62,115 nt of DNA, taken from the sequence record DRR378314_172, one strand, 5' to 3'. Below the pieces are notes generated by a model. The model ran no database searches. It saw only the letters and a list, made by a program, of their open reading frames with translations, and was not told the origin of the DNA. A program made the translations under genes and the position numbers. The stretch's first letter is position 1. Each line of letters opens with the position of its first letter. This document shows positions 19,133-28,616 of this stretch, piece by piece.

Positions 19133-19747
19133 ATGGTTCGTATTGCTGTGATCATTGCAGGCACCGCCTGCCTCTCTATTGCGACAGGCATGGTTCTGAC
19201 GCTGAGCCATGGTGCCCTGTCGAACAAGAATCGGATCAGTTCGCTGTCCGGTTTGCAGGACACGGTCCCCGCTCCGCCCAACAGTGCAGCTCCAGCTGAC
19301 CCAACGCGGTCACAATCGGGTCAGAGCGCTCCGAAACCGCTCGCTGACGTCTCGATCAGCCGCTCCTCCTCCGACAGTGACAAGCGCACGGTATCGAACG
19401 AAACGCCGATCCGGGTACGTCCTCAAGGCGATACGGCGCAATCCACCATTACAGCAACCTTTGATCGATCCACAGCAGTGGCGAAATCAGAGCCGGCGCT
19501 GTCTCAGACGGATGTCGTGCGACCACCAGAACGTCCCTCCGAAACATCTCTACCGAGGGCTCAATCTAATGTTGCGCCCATTGGGTCGTCTGATCAGGCC
19601 CTTGAAGAAAGTCAGCCCCCCACCACTTTTGCGGCACGGGAAACACCTCGGCAATCCTCCCCCGATCTGGTCTCTCTCCCTCCGCAATTGTCGCGCCAGA
19701 GTACGATTTCACCGAACCCAAGTTTCTTCATTGGTGTTTTTCGCTGA
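19133..19747 (+). CDS. Hypothetical exported/membrane-anchored, S/P/T-rich disordered protein
   Basis: 204 aa ORF with RBS GAGG; hydrophobic N-terminal helix, low-complexity body, C-terminal FFIGVFR. Confidence 0.6.
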   Translation: MVRIAVIIAGTACLSIATGMVLTLSHGALSNKNRISSLSGLQDTVPAPPNSAAPADPTRSQSGQSAPKPLADVSISRSSSDSDKRTVSNETPIRVRPQGDTAQSTITATFDRSTAVAKSEPALSQTDVVRPPERPSETSLPRAQSNVAPIGSSDQALEESQPPTTFAARETPRQSSPDLVSLPPQLSRQSTISPNPSFFIGVFR

Positions 19748-19852
19748 TTCGCCTCGTGCGGGTATAAAATTCAAAAAATTCCCGGTTGACCTGTGGGCAT
19801 GATTGCCGCCCAAATGGCCACGATTTGATTATTCAGACTCGTTGAGGACACC

Positions 19853-20305
19853 ATGGGCATTCTGACTGCGGCCAAGACATTCGTTCTGGCCACTACAATC
19901 CTTGCAACACAGACTGCTGCGACCTTCGCACAGGACACATCAGAGCAAACGGAAGAGTTTCAACTCGACCTCAATTCGGTCACCGAAACAACCGAGGGTA
20001 GCTGCCGACTGACGTATGTGGCCTCAAATCGGTCATCTACGGCGCTGGATCGTGCATCCTACCAGATCGCCTTGTTTGACGGCGAAGGCGTGGTGACTCG
20101 ACTGCTGGTTCTTGAATTCGGCGAATTGACCGAAGGCAAAACCAAGGTTCTGCAATTCGATCTGGCAGAAACCGGGTGCGGTTCGATTTCGCGTATTGTG
20201 GTCAATGACTCGCCCGCATGTGTCGCCAGTGACGGCAGCGCAATCGACCTGTGCATGTCAGGTCTCGTTGCTAGCTCCCGCACCCCGATCCAGTTCGGTA
20301 TTTGA
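19853..20305 (+). CDS. Conserved periplasmic protein of the type found upstream of alphaproteobacterial exbBD operons
   Basis: Signal peptide; LDLN...CRLTYV..N...LFD.EGVV.RL.VLEFGEL..GKTKV.QFDL...C..ISRIVVND...C; RBS GAGGA. Confidence 0.65.
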   Translation: MGILTAAKTFVLATTILATQTAATFAQDTSEQTEEFQLDLNSVTETTEGSCRLTYVASNRSSTALDRASYQIALFDGEGVVTRLLVLEFGELTEGKTKVLQFDLAETGCGSISRIVVNDSPACVASDGSAIDLCMSGLVASSRTPIQFGI

Positions 20306-20370
20306 GCCAGCGCGTCATTCTGTTTTGAAACGGCTGGCCGCCCAGGGCGTCCACGCCATGGAGTAATCCC

Positions 20371-21018
20371 ATGACAAATTTCCGGGCAGACATGTTCGAT
20401 CCGTTGACGCTGATCGTTTTTGCAGCCCTTGCCGTGATGTCCGTCACCGTCTTGTCGGTCTTTTTCTTCAAGCTGCTGCAGTTTTCCCGCCTCGGCGTCG
20501 GTAAACGCCGGTTGGCAGAGCAGATCATCAACACCTGGCTGTCCGGGCAGGCCGAAACAGCCATGCAGCAGGCCGCCGCACGTCAATCTGTATTATCACG
20601 CATCCTGCATGCGGTGTTCACAGGCTTGCGTGCACGTCCGGGTGAAACCGCTTATGCAGAGGAGCTGGGTCGTCAAACTGCGATTTCCGAACTGGCGACC
20701 CTGTCTGATCGTATTCGTCTGCTGGAAATCGCAGTACACGCGGCCCCCATGCTCGGCCTGCTGGGGACTGTGATCGGCATGATCGACGCCTTTTCCGTTC
20801 TGGCACAATCGCAAGCGGCCGCAGACCCCGCAGCTCTTGCCGGCGGCATCTGGACCGCGCTGACCACAACAGCTGCTGGCCTCGCAGTCGCGCTGGTCGC
20901 GTTCTTCCTGACCAACTGGCTCGACGCACGCATCGAACGGGAGCGTAATCTGATCGAAGTGCTGATCTCTGCGGCAATTCACGGCCGGGTCGATCAGTCT
21001 GCGCGAGTGCAGGGCTAA
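20371..21018 (+). CDS. exbB: MotA/TolQ/ExbB proton channel family protein
   Basis: APMLGLLGTVIGMIDAF and LAGGIWTALTTTAAGLAVA signature helices. Confidence 0.9.
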   Translation: MTNFRADMFDPLTLIVFAALAVMSVTVLSVFFFKLLQFSRLGVGKRRLAEQIINTWLSGQAETAMQQAAARQSVLSRILHAVFTGLRARPGETAYAEELGRQTAISELATLSDRIRLLEIAVHAAPMLGLLGTVIGMIDAFSVLAQSQAAADPAALAGGIWTALTTTAAGLAVALVAFFLTNWLDARIERERNLIEVLISAAIHGRVDQSARVQG

Positions 21019-21024
21019 CCACAG

Positions 21025-21480
21025 ATGCAGATCAACCGGCTTGACCTTCCCATCCGCAAGCGGCGCGTCAGTTTCACGCTGACGTCGCTGGCGGATGTGA
21101 TGTTTCAGCTTCTGGTGTTTTTCATGCTGTCCTCCAGCTTGACCCCATACGCTCTACTGCCGCTTCACCGGACAGACCCAGTGTCAGATGAACGTATCGG
21201 GACCGGTTCTGGTCGCGAGACCACAACTGCAACCGCCGTAGGCGCCCCTAGCGCCGCACCTTTATGGAACCTTGAATCCGGTTCACTGTCGATACGCGGT
21301 CAATCCTTCGACTATACTGCCCTGCCCGATCTCGTCGCGGCATTGGGCAGCGAGACCACGCCTGCTTCGGTAGTCCTGATCGTCAAGGCCTCGGCTCGGG
21401 TTCAGGACGTGGCCACCGTATTGGCACATTTGCAGGCTGCGGATGTGACCGCGGTCCAAATCAGCGCAGGAGGGTTTTGA
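21025..21480 (+). CDS. exbD: ExbD/TolR family protein (canonical TM Asp)
   Basis: TSLADVMFQLLVFFML TM helix; C-terminal ARVQDVATVLAHLQAA...VQI. Confidence 0.85.
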   Translation: MQINRLDLPIRKRRVSFTLTSLADVMFQLLVFFMLSSSLTPYALLPLHRTDPVSDERIGTGSGRETTTATAVGAPSAAPLWNLESGSLSIRGQSFDYTALPDLVAALGSETTPASVVLIVKASARVQDVATVLAHLQAADVTAVQISAGGF

Positions 21481-21887
21481 AAATGCCCCGTCGTGCGCCA
21501 CTGCTTCCGCCACGCCCGCAAATGGTTCAGACCGACACCTCGCTGGCGATCGTCAATGTGGTCCTGCTGCTGTTGCTGTTCTTTCTCGCCAGTGGATCGC
21601 TCATTGCGACCCGAGACACTGAAATTCAACTGCCGTCGACACAGGAATTGTTTCCCGAACAACTGCCAAGTCCACTGCTGGAGGTGCGGCTTGATGGAAG
21701 CCTGCGCCTTGATGGCGACCCAACCACGCTGCCCCGGCTGAACACTGCGCTGACGCCTGGCGGCACGCTCTATGTCCTGATGGAGCGTACGGCTCCAGCC
21801 CTCGATCTGCTGGAGCTGCTGGCCCAGCCGCCCTTTGCCGAGATGAATGTTACCTTGGTCACGATACATGAGCAGGCGGATACGTGA
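21477..21887 (+). CDS. exbD: Second ExbD/TolR family protein (Asp replaced by Asn)
   Basis: SLAIVNVVLLLLLFFLASG TM helix, IQLP and LEVRLDGSLRLDG; overlaps the previous stop (start TTG 21477 or ATG 21483). Confidence 0.75.
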   Translation: MKMPRRAPLLPPRPQMVQTDTSLAIVNVVLLLLLFFLASGSLIATRDTEIQLPSTQELFPEQLPSPLLEVRLDGSLRLDGDPTTLPRLNTALTPGGTLYVLMERTAPALDLLELLAQPPFAEMNVTLVTIHEQADT

Positions 21888-23233
21888 GCATTCTTCCTTA
21901 TGGTCGTCCTGAGTCTTCGGGCTGGTTTTTTGCCAGTAGCGGATCACTGGCCGCACATGCTCTTGTCGGTGTGTTCATTCTCGGCGGGCTGCAGCCTCTC
22001 CTTCTGGCCGCACCACCATCGACGGATGCACCACGCTACAGCGTCACGTTACAGCCGCTTGATTCAGATACGCTGGCCGGGCTGGAATTACGCGAGGGCT
22101 TGGCTGGAGCCGAGATCCTTGAAGACAGCTCCGCCAATGTCGATCCCCTGCAGCCGGTGGAGGGGCTTGAAAGTCTGACAGCGGAAGACATCGACGAAGA
22201 AGAGCTTGCGGCACTGGGCCCGGACAACACTGATGCAACCCCACTACCGACGGGCCCGGAGCCTGTTTTGGCAGAACCGGTCGAAGCGGATCCCGTAGCA
22301 CCCGACACACAGGAACAGGAAACCGCAACGCTCGCCCAAGTGACGGCAGATCCGGTCCCACAGGACAGCCCGCTCTCTCCACTGATCCCCGAAGACACCA
22401 ACCCGTTGATCCCGGAAACGGTGACCGCCATCGCCTCATCCGGAGTGGCGACCATCTCCGCGGCACCGGTTTCCTCGCGGCCTTCGCCAGATGCAGTGGC
22501 GGTTCTTCAAAATGAGGCCCTTCGCCCTGTCGCAGTGCCCTCCTCCGGCGCAAGTGCGGGTCAGCCAGCCGAAGCCCAGGATACGACCACGTCGGCCCGC
22601 CCCCCTGCCAGCGCACAGGACCTTGCGGTGGGGAATCTCATCCGGAAGATCCGCGAAAACACCGGGCCCGATTGCCTACTGACCCTGCCACGCCGCGACG
22701 GCGAAGCAGGCGTCGGTCTTGATATGATGGCAACACGAGATACGGCGTTTTCCGAATTCTCCCGTACGACACTGACCCAAGGTGACGAAACACTGCGTCA
22801 GACGCGGACGCTGCTTGACCCACGGCAATGCCCGGCTGTGGACTACATCCGCGACAACCGGGACTACCCCGCTACACGTCTCGGCTTGCGTCTAGACACC
22901 CCGAATGTGGTCAGCGGAAACCGGATCACCGGTGTGCTGCGCGGCACCGGCGGCAAATACGTGGCCCTGCTCTTGGTCGACAACAACGGCGTGGTTCAGG
23001 ATCTGCAGCGGTTCCTCTCGCAGTCCGGCAACTTCACCCGCTTTGATGTACCGGTGACACGTGCGGGGCCCCGACGCGATACCGCACAAATCCTGCTCGC
23101 CGTTGCAAGTTCCAACCCGCTGCAACAGATCCGAGATCGCAGTGGCCGGCTGGCGGCGGATGTGTTTGCGGGACTGCACGCAGGGCTGACAGGACGCGAA
23201 GCGATCGCTGTTACAACGTTCGACGTACGCTGA
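21884..23233 (+). CDS. TonB/TolA-like energy transducer with atypical C-terminal domain
   Basis: N-terminal TM helix with S-x3-H (SLAAH), long acidic/Pro-rich linker and a ~200 aa globular C-terminal domain with two Cys; coupled to exbD (GTGA overlap). Confidence 0.6.
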   Translation: MSILPYGRPESSGWFFASSGSLAAHALVGVFILGGLQPLLLAAPPSTDAPRYSVTLQPLDSDTLAGLELREGLAGAEILEDSSANVDPLQPVEGLESLTAEDIDEEELAALGPDNTDATPLPTGPEPVLAEPVEADPVAPDTQEQETATLAQVTADPVPQDSPLSPLIPEDTNPLIPETVTAIASSGVATISAAPVSSRPSPDAVAVLQNEALRPVAVPSSGASAGQPAEAQDTTTSARPPASAQDLAVGNLIRKIRENTGPDCLLTLPRRDGEAGVGLDMMATRDTAFSEFSRTTLTQGDETLRQTRTLLDPRQCPAVDYIRDNRDYPATRLGLRLDTPNVVSGNRITGVLRGTGGKYVALLLVDNNGVVQDLQRFLSQSGNFTRFDVPVTRAGPRRDTAQILLAVASSNPLQQIRDRSGRLAADVFAGLHAGLTGREAIAVTTFDVR

Positions 23234-23337
23234 ACCTCGACCGAACTGGACATCGATCATCCCGTCGCCATAAGAACGTTTCATCATAGCGACGCAACAT
23301 GCTAAATATCATCGAAGAGGATTTGTGGAGGCACATT

Positions 23338-23718
23338 ATGTCAACGGTGACAGGGGGCTGCCTGTGTGGAAACGTCCGGATCGCAGCCACTGGAACGCCG
23401 CTGCGCGTTGGCTTGTGCCACTGTCTTGACTGTCGCAAGCATCACGGTGCGGTCTTTTATGCAGCCGCAGTGTTCTTGCAGGACGCCGTGACCGTCCATG
23501 GTGATCTGCGCCACTATCAGGAGCGGTACTTCTGCCCCACATGTGGGTCTTCCGTTTTTGCAAAAAGCGGCCGTGAGCTCGAAGTACATCTCGGTGCCCT
23601 CGACGCGCCGGACATGTTTCCACCAGAGTATGAACTGTGGGTCCAGCGGCGCGAGAGCTGGCTTCCCGCCCTGGATGGCCTACCGCAACACGATCAGAAC
23701 CGGCACCAAGAGGATTAG
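23338..23718 (+). CDS. GFA (glutathione-dependent formaldehyde-activating) family Zn-binding protein
   Basis: GGCLCG, CHCLDCRKHHG and FCPTCGS motifs; RBS GGAGG before ATG 23338. Confidence 0.9.
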   Translation: MSTVTGGCLCGNVRIAATGTPLRVGLCHCLDCRKHHGAVFYAAAVFLQDAVTVHGDLRHYQERYFCPTCGSSVFAKSGRELEVHLGALDAPDMFPPEYELWVQRRESWLPALDGLPQHDQNRHQED

Positions 23719-23852
23719 CGCAGCTCGTTTCCGTCTATATGACAGGACGCTGGTGACAAAATGGCGGCAGATTTCTAATCTCGTCTATGCCACCCTCAGA
23801 TGAAGCGTAGCTATCCACATGCCACTGTGGAAAACTTCCCCCAAGAAACCGT

Positions 23853-23898
23853 ACACCATATATTGACCATTTACTGGATCTGCATCAATATCGTGTTG
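23853..23898 (+). promoter_or_regulatory. Tandem NrdR boxes upstream of nrdHIEF
   Basis: ACACCATATATTGACC (23853-23868) fits the acaCwAtATaTwGtgt consensus; weaker CATCAATATCGTGTTG 30 nt downstream (23883-23898). Confidence 0.65.
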
Positions 23899-24065
23899 CT
23901 TTGGTTCTTGTGAGGCGACTCGCAAGCAGAGAGGGAAATCGGTGAAAATCCGGCGCTGCCCCCGCAACTGTAAGCGGCAAGTCCACCCTGGGCCACTGAT
24001 GCGCAAGACGCATTGGGAAGGCGGGATTGGGCATTTGAGCCGTGAAGCCAGGAGACCTACCAAAG
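23895..24065 (+). ncRNA. Cobalamin (B12) riboswitch
   Basis: Conserved elements in the correct order: AGGGAA-CGGTG-AAATCCG-GCTGCCCCCGCAACTGTAA, GCCACTG, GGGAAGGC and B12 box AAGCCAGGAGACCT; in the leader of a B12-independent RNR operon. Boundaries approximate. Confidence 0.93.
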
Positions 24066-24179
24066 CAGAGAACGACGACCGCGGCGGAGGGCCCGGACGC
24101 GTGACAAGGTGCTGTTTATGCGCCGGGTTCCGTGTCCCCTTTCGTCCAAGCAGACAAAACCTGAGGGACCCTTTTGCAG

Positions 24180-24401
24180 ATGAGCATCACCGTCTATTCC
24201 AAACCCGCCTGTGTGCAATGCACCGCCACCACCCGCGCACTCGAGGCGAAGGGGATTTCTTTCGACGTGATCGATCTGACCGAAGATGCCGCCGCAATGG
24301 AAATGGTACAGGGCCTTGGTTACCGTCAGGCCCCTGTGGTTGTCGCCGGACAAGAGCACTGGGCCGGGTTTCGCCCCGACCTGATCGGCCGTCTGGCCTG
24401 A
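24180..24401 (+). CDS. nrdH: Glutaredoxin-like protein NrdH
   Basis: ITVYSKPACVQC...LGYRQAPVV...WAGFRPD. Confidence 0.95.
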   Translation: MSITVYSKPACVQCTATTRALEAKGISFDVIDLTEDAAAMEMVQGLGYRQAPVVVAGQEHWAGFRPDLIGRLA

Positions 24402-24416
24402 TCCGGCGCTGATCGG

Positions 24417-24839
24417 ATGGCCGGGCTCGTCTTTTTCTCTTCACGATCGGGCAACACGGCCCGATTGGTGGAGCGCCTCGGGCTGGAGGCTCTGCGGCTG
24501 CCGCAGGCAGGGCCGCCGCCTGAGCTAGACGCGCCTTTTGTACTGGTGTCTCCGACCTTCGCCGACGGCGAAGGGCGCGGCGCAGTGCCCAAGCCGGTCA
24601 TTCGGCTTTTGAACAACACACGCAATCGCGCCCTCCTGCGGGGCGTGATCGCGGGAGGCAACCGCAACTTTGGTGCGACCTTTGCCCTTGCCGGTGAGGT
24701 CATCGCACGCAAGTGCAGCGTCCCCGTTCTCTACCGCTTTGAACTGGCGGGAACCGAAACTGACATTACCCGCATCCGCGCGGGCCTTGCCCGGTTCTGG
24801 GCAGCACAGGAGAGCCAGACATGCTTGACGCAAGCGTAA
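24417..24839 (+). CDS. nrdI: Flavodoxin-like RNR assembly protein NrdI
   Basis: [31 protein letters not shown]. Confidence 0.95.
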   Translation: MAGLVFFSSRSGNTARLVERLGLEALRLPQAGPPPELDAPFVLVSPTFADGEGRGAVPKPVIRLLNNTRNRALLRGVIAGGNRNFGATFALAGEVIARKCSVPVLYRFELAGTETDITRIRAGLARFWAAQESQTCLTQA

Positions 24840-26953
24840 CCGCCGATCTCGACTATCATGCCCTGAACGCGATGCTGAACCTCTATGATGATGAGGGGAA
24901 GATCCAGTTTGACGCCGACCGCATGGCGGCACGGCAGTATTTCCTGCAGCATGTGAACCAGAACACCGTTTTCTTTCATTCGCTGGAGGAAAAGCTGTCC
25001 TATCTGGTCAAGGAAGGCTTCTATGAAGCGGCTGTGCTTGATCAATACGAGCGCAGTTTCCTCCACCAGATCTGGGACGCGGCCTTTGCCAAGAAATTCC
25101 GGTTCCCGAGCTTTCTGGGGGCGTTCAAATACTACACCTCCTACACGCTGAAAACCCGCGATGGGCAGCGCTATCTGGAGCGTTACGAGGACCGGGTGGT
25201 GATGAACGCGCTGACGCTGGCGCGGGGTGACGCAGCGCTGGCGATGCAGCTGATGGGCGAGATCATCGATGGCCGGTTCCAGCCTGCCACGCCGACCTTT
25301 CTGAATGCCGGCAAGACGGCGCGGGGCGAGTTCGTCTCCTGCTTCCTGTTGCGGCTGGAAGACAACATGGAAAGCATCGGGCGCGGTATCAACTCCGCCC
25401 TGCAACTCAGCAAACGCGGCGGTGGCGTGGCCCTGATGCTGACCAACATTCGCGAGCATGGCGCCCCGATCAAGGGGATCGAGAACCAGTCTTCCGGGGT
25501 GATCCCGGTGATGAAACTGCTGGAAGACAGCTTCTCCTACGCCAACCAGCTGGGCGCCCGGCAGGGCGCAGGCGCGGTCTATCTGAACGCCCACCACCCG
25601 GACATCCTGCGCTTCCTCGACACCAAACGCGAGAACGCCGATGAGAAGATCCGCATCAAGACGCTGAGCCTTGGCGTGGTCATTCCCGACATCACCTTCC
25701 AGCTCGCCAAGAAGAACGAGGACATGTATCTGTTCTCGCCCCACGACGTGGAAAAGGTGTATGGCAAAGCCTTCTCGGAAATCTCGGTCACCGAGAAATA
25801 TCACGAGATGGTGGACAACCCGCAGATCCGCAAGAAGAAGATCAACGCCCGCGCCTTCTTCCAGACCATTGCGGAGATCCAGTTCGAATCCGGCTACCCC
25901 TACATCATGTTTGAGGACACGGTGAATTCGGCCAACCCGATCGCCGGTCGGATTTCGATGTCCAACCTCTGCTCCGAGATCCTGCAAGTGAACACCGCGT
26001 CCGAGTTCACCGATGACCTCTCCTACGCGCAGATGGGCACCGACATTTCCTGCAATCTCGGCTCCATGAACATCGCCCGCGCCATGGATGGCGGCGATCT
26101 GGCGGGCACCGTCGGCACCGCGATCCGGGCATTGAATGCGGTGTCGGAAATGTCCGCCATCGATAGTGTTCCCTCGATCCGCAAGGGCAATGACGAAGGC
26201 CATGCCATCGGTCTTGGCCAGATGAACCTGCATGGCTACCTCGCCCGTGAGCGCATCCATTACGGCTCGGCTGAGGGTATCGACTTCACCAATATCTACT
26301 TCTGCACCGTGTTGTTTCACGCGCTCAGTGCCTCCAACGCGCTGGCGCAGGAGAAAGGCACACGGTTCAAGGGCTTTGAGGACTCGACCTATGCCGATGG
26401 CAGCTTCTTTGCCAAATACGTCGACCGGGACTGGCTGCCGGAGACCTACCGCGTGCGCGAGCTGTTCGAGGGCGCCGGCATCCCTGTGCCGAGCCGCGAG
26501 GACTGGTCCGCCCTGTGCGAAAAGGTGAAGGAGCACGGACTTTATAACCGCAACCTGCAGGCGGTGCCGCCCACCGGGTCGATCAGCTATATCAACTATG
26601 CGACCTCCTCGATCCACCCGATCACCGCCAAGATCGAGATCCGCAAGGAAGGCAAGATCGGCCGCGTCTACTATCCCGCGCCCTATATGACCAACGAGAA
26701 CCTCGAATATTACCGCGATGCCTATGACATCGGTCCCGAGGCGATCATCGACACCTATGCGGCGGCAACGCAGCATGTGGATCAGGGGCTGTCGCTGACC
26801 CTGTTCTTCCCCGCGGAAGCCTCGACCAGAGACATCAACCGCGCGCAGATCTACGCGTGGAAGAAAGGGATCAAGACGATCTACTACATCCGTCTGCGCC
26901 AGCAGGCGCTGGAAGGCACCGAGGTCGAGGGCTGCGTGTCCTGTTCGCTGTAA
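24821..26953 (+). CDS. nrdE: Class Ib ribonucleoside-diphosphate reductase alpha subunit
   Basis: [51 protein letters not shown]-terminal CVSC; no ATP cone. Confidence 0.97.
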   Translation: MLDASVTADLDYHALNAMLNLYDDEGKIQFDADRMAARQYFLQHVNQNTVFFHSLEEKLSYLVKEGFYEAAVLDQYERSFLHQIWDAAFAKKFRFPSFLGAFKYYTSYTLKTRDGQRYLERYEDRVVMNALTLARGDAALAMQLMGEIIDGRFQPATPTFLNAGKTARGEFVSCFLLRLEDNMESIGRGINSALQLSKRGGGVALMLTNIREHGAPIKGIENQSSGVIPVMKLLEDSFSYANQLGARQGAGAVYLNAHHPDILRFLDTKRENADEKIRIKTLSLGVVIPDITFQLAKKNEDMYLFSPHDVEKVYGKAFSEISVTEKYHEMVDNPQIRKKKINARAFFQTIAEIQFESGYPYIMFEDTVNSANPIAGRISMSNLCSEILQVNTASEFTDDLSYAQMGTDISCNLGSMNIARAMDGGDLAGTVGTAIRALNAVSEMSAIDSVPSIRKGNDEGHAIGLGQMNLHGYLARERIHYGSAEGIDFTNIYFCTVLFHALSASNALAQEKGTRFKGFEDSTYADGSFFAKYVDRDWLPETYRVRELFEGAGIPVPSREDWSALCEKVKEHGLYNRNLQAVPPTGSISYINYATSSIHPITAKIEIRKEGKIGRVYYPAPYMTNENLEYYRDAYDIGPEAIIDTYAAATQHVDQGLSLTLFFPAEASTRDINRAQIYAWKKGIKTIYYIRLRQQALEGTEVEGCVSCSL

Positions 26954-26968
26954 CCTGAGGTTGGGATT

Positions 26969-28038
<1,070 letters not shown>

Positions 28039-28044
28039 ACCAAG

Positions 28045-28077
28045 AAAGCCGCCACCGGACACCGGATGGCGGCTTTT
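28045..28077 (+). terminator. Rho-independent terminator after nrdF
   Basis: AAAGCCGCCA...TGGCGGCTTTT stem-loop just after the stop. Confidence 0.65.
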
Positions 28078-28335
28078 CACACTCTGCCCCGCCCTCCGAC
28101 GGACCTCACTGACGGGAGGATTGCCCTCCCCCGGAGCATCCATCAGGGGGCCTTAAGTCACTTTGCGCTGAAGAGGGCAAACCTTAAGTGCGCAGGATAC
28201 AGATGATTGCATCGGGATCCTCTTATCGTGCTGGCGCCTCATTCCGTGCGACGCAAATGCAGGCCTATGCGGAGGCCGGTTTGCCAATGAACCCGGTCCC
28301 TCCAATCACCAGATGTGCGCGACGACAGGCCCCAC

Positions 28336-28593
28336 TCAGGGCGCGACCTTATGGTTGGGCGAGCCGCTTGCGATCACACCGCCCACGGAGGTGGAGCAAC
28401 CGACATAGGCCACCGGCTTGCCATCATCGGTCGATATCGAGGACCCCGACGTAATCACCGCGCCGCAGGTGGTTTTATCACCGATACGGGCAACCGGGCG
28501 ACCGTCGATCGTCGCCGTCCCGCCACTGACAATCTCGCACTTCCGGCATCGGGTGCAGGCGTGTTGATCTCCAACACGGGCAACTGGTTGCAT
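28336..28593 (-). CDS. PAAR domain spike-tip protein
   Basis: Three PAAR-like motifs (PVARVGD, PVARIGD, PVAYVG) with His/Cys Zn ligands; directly downstream of vgrG. Confidence 0.92.
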   Translation of the reverse strand: MQPVARVGDQHACTRCRKCEIVSGGTATIDGRPVARIGDKTTCGAVITSGSSISTDDGKPVAYVGCSTSVGGVIASGSPNHKVAP

Positions 28594-28616
28594 TGGCTAT
28601 CCTTCCAGAGAGGGCA

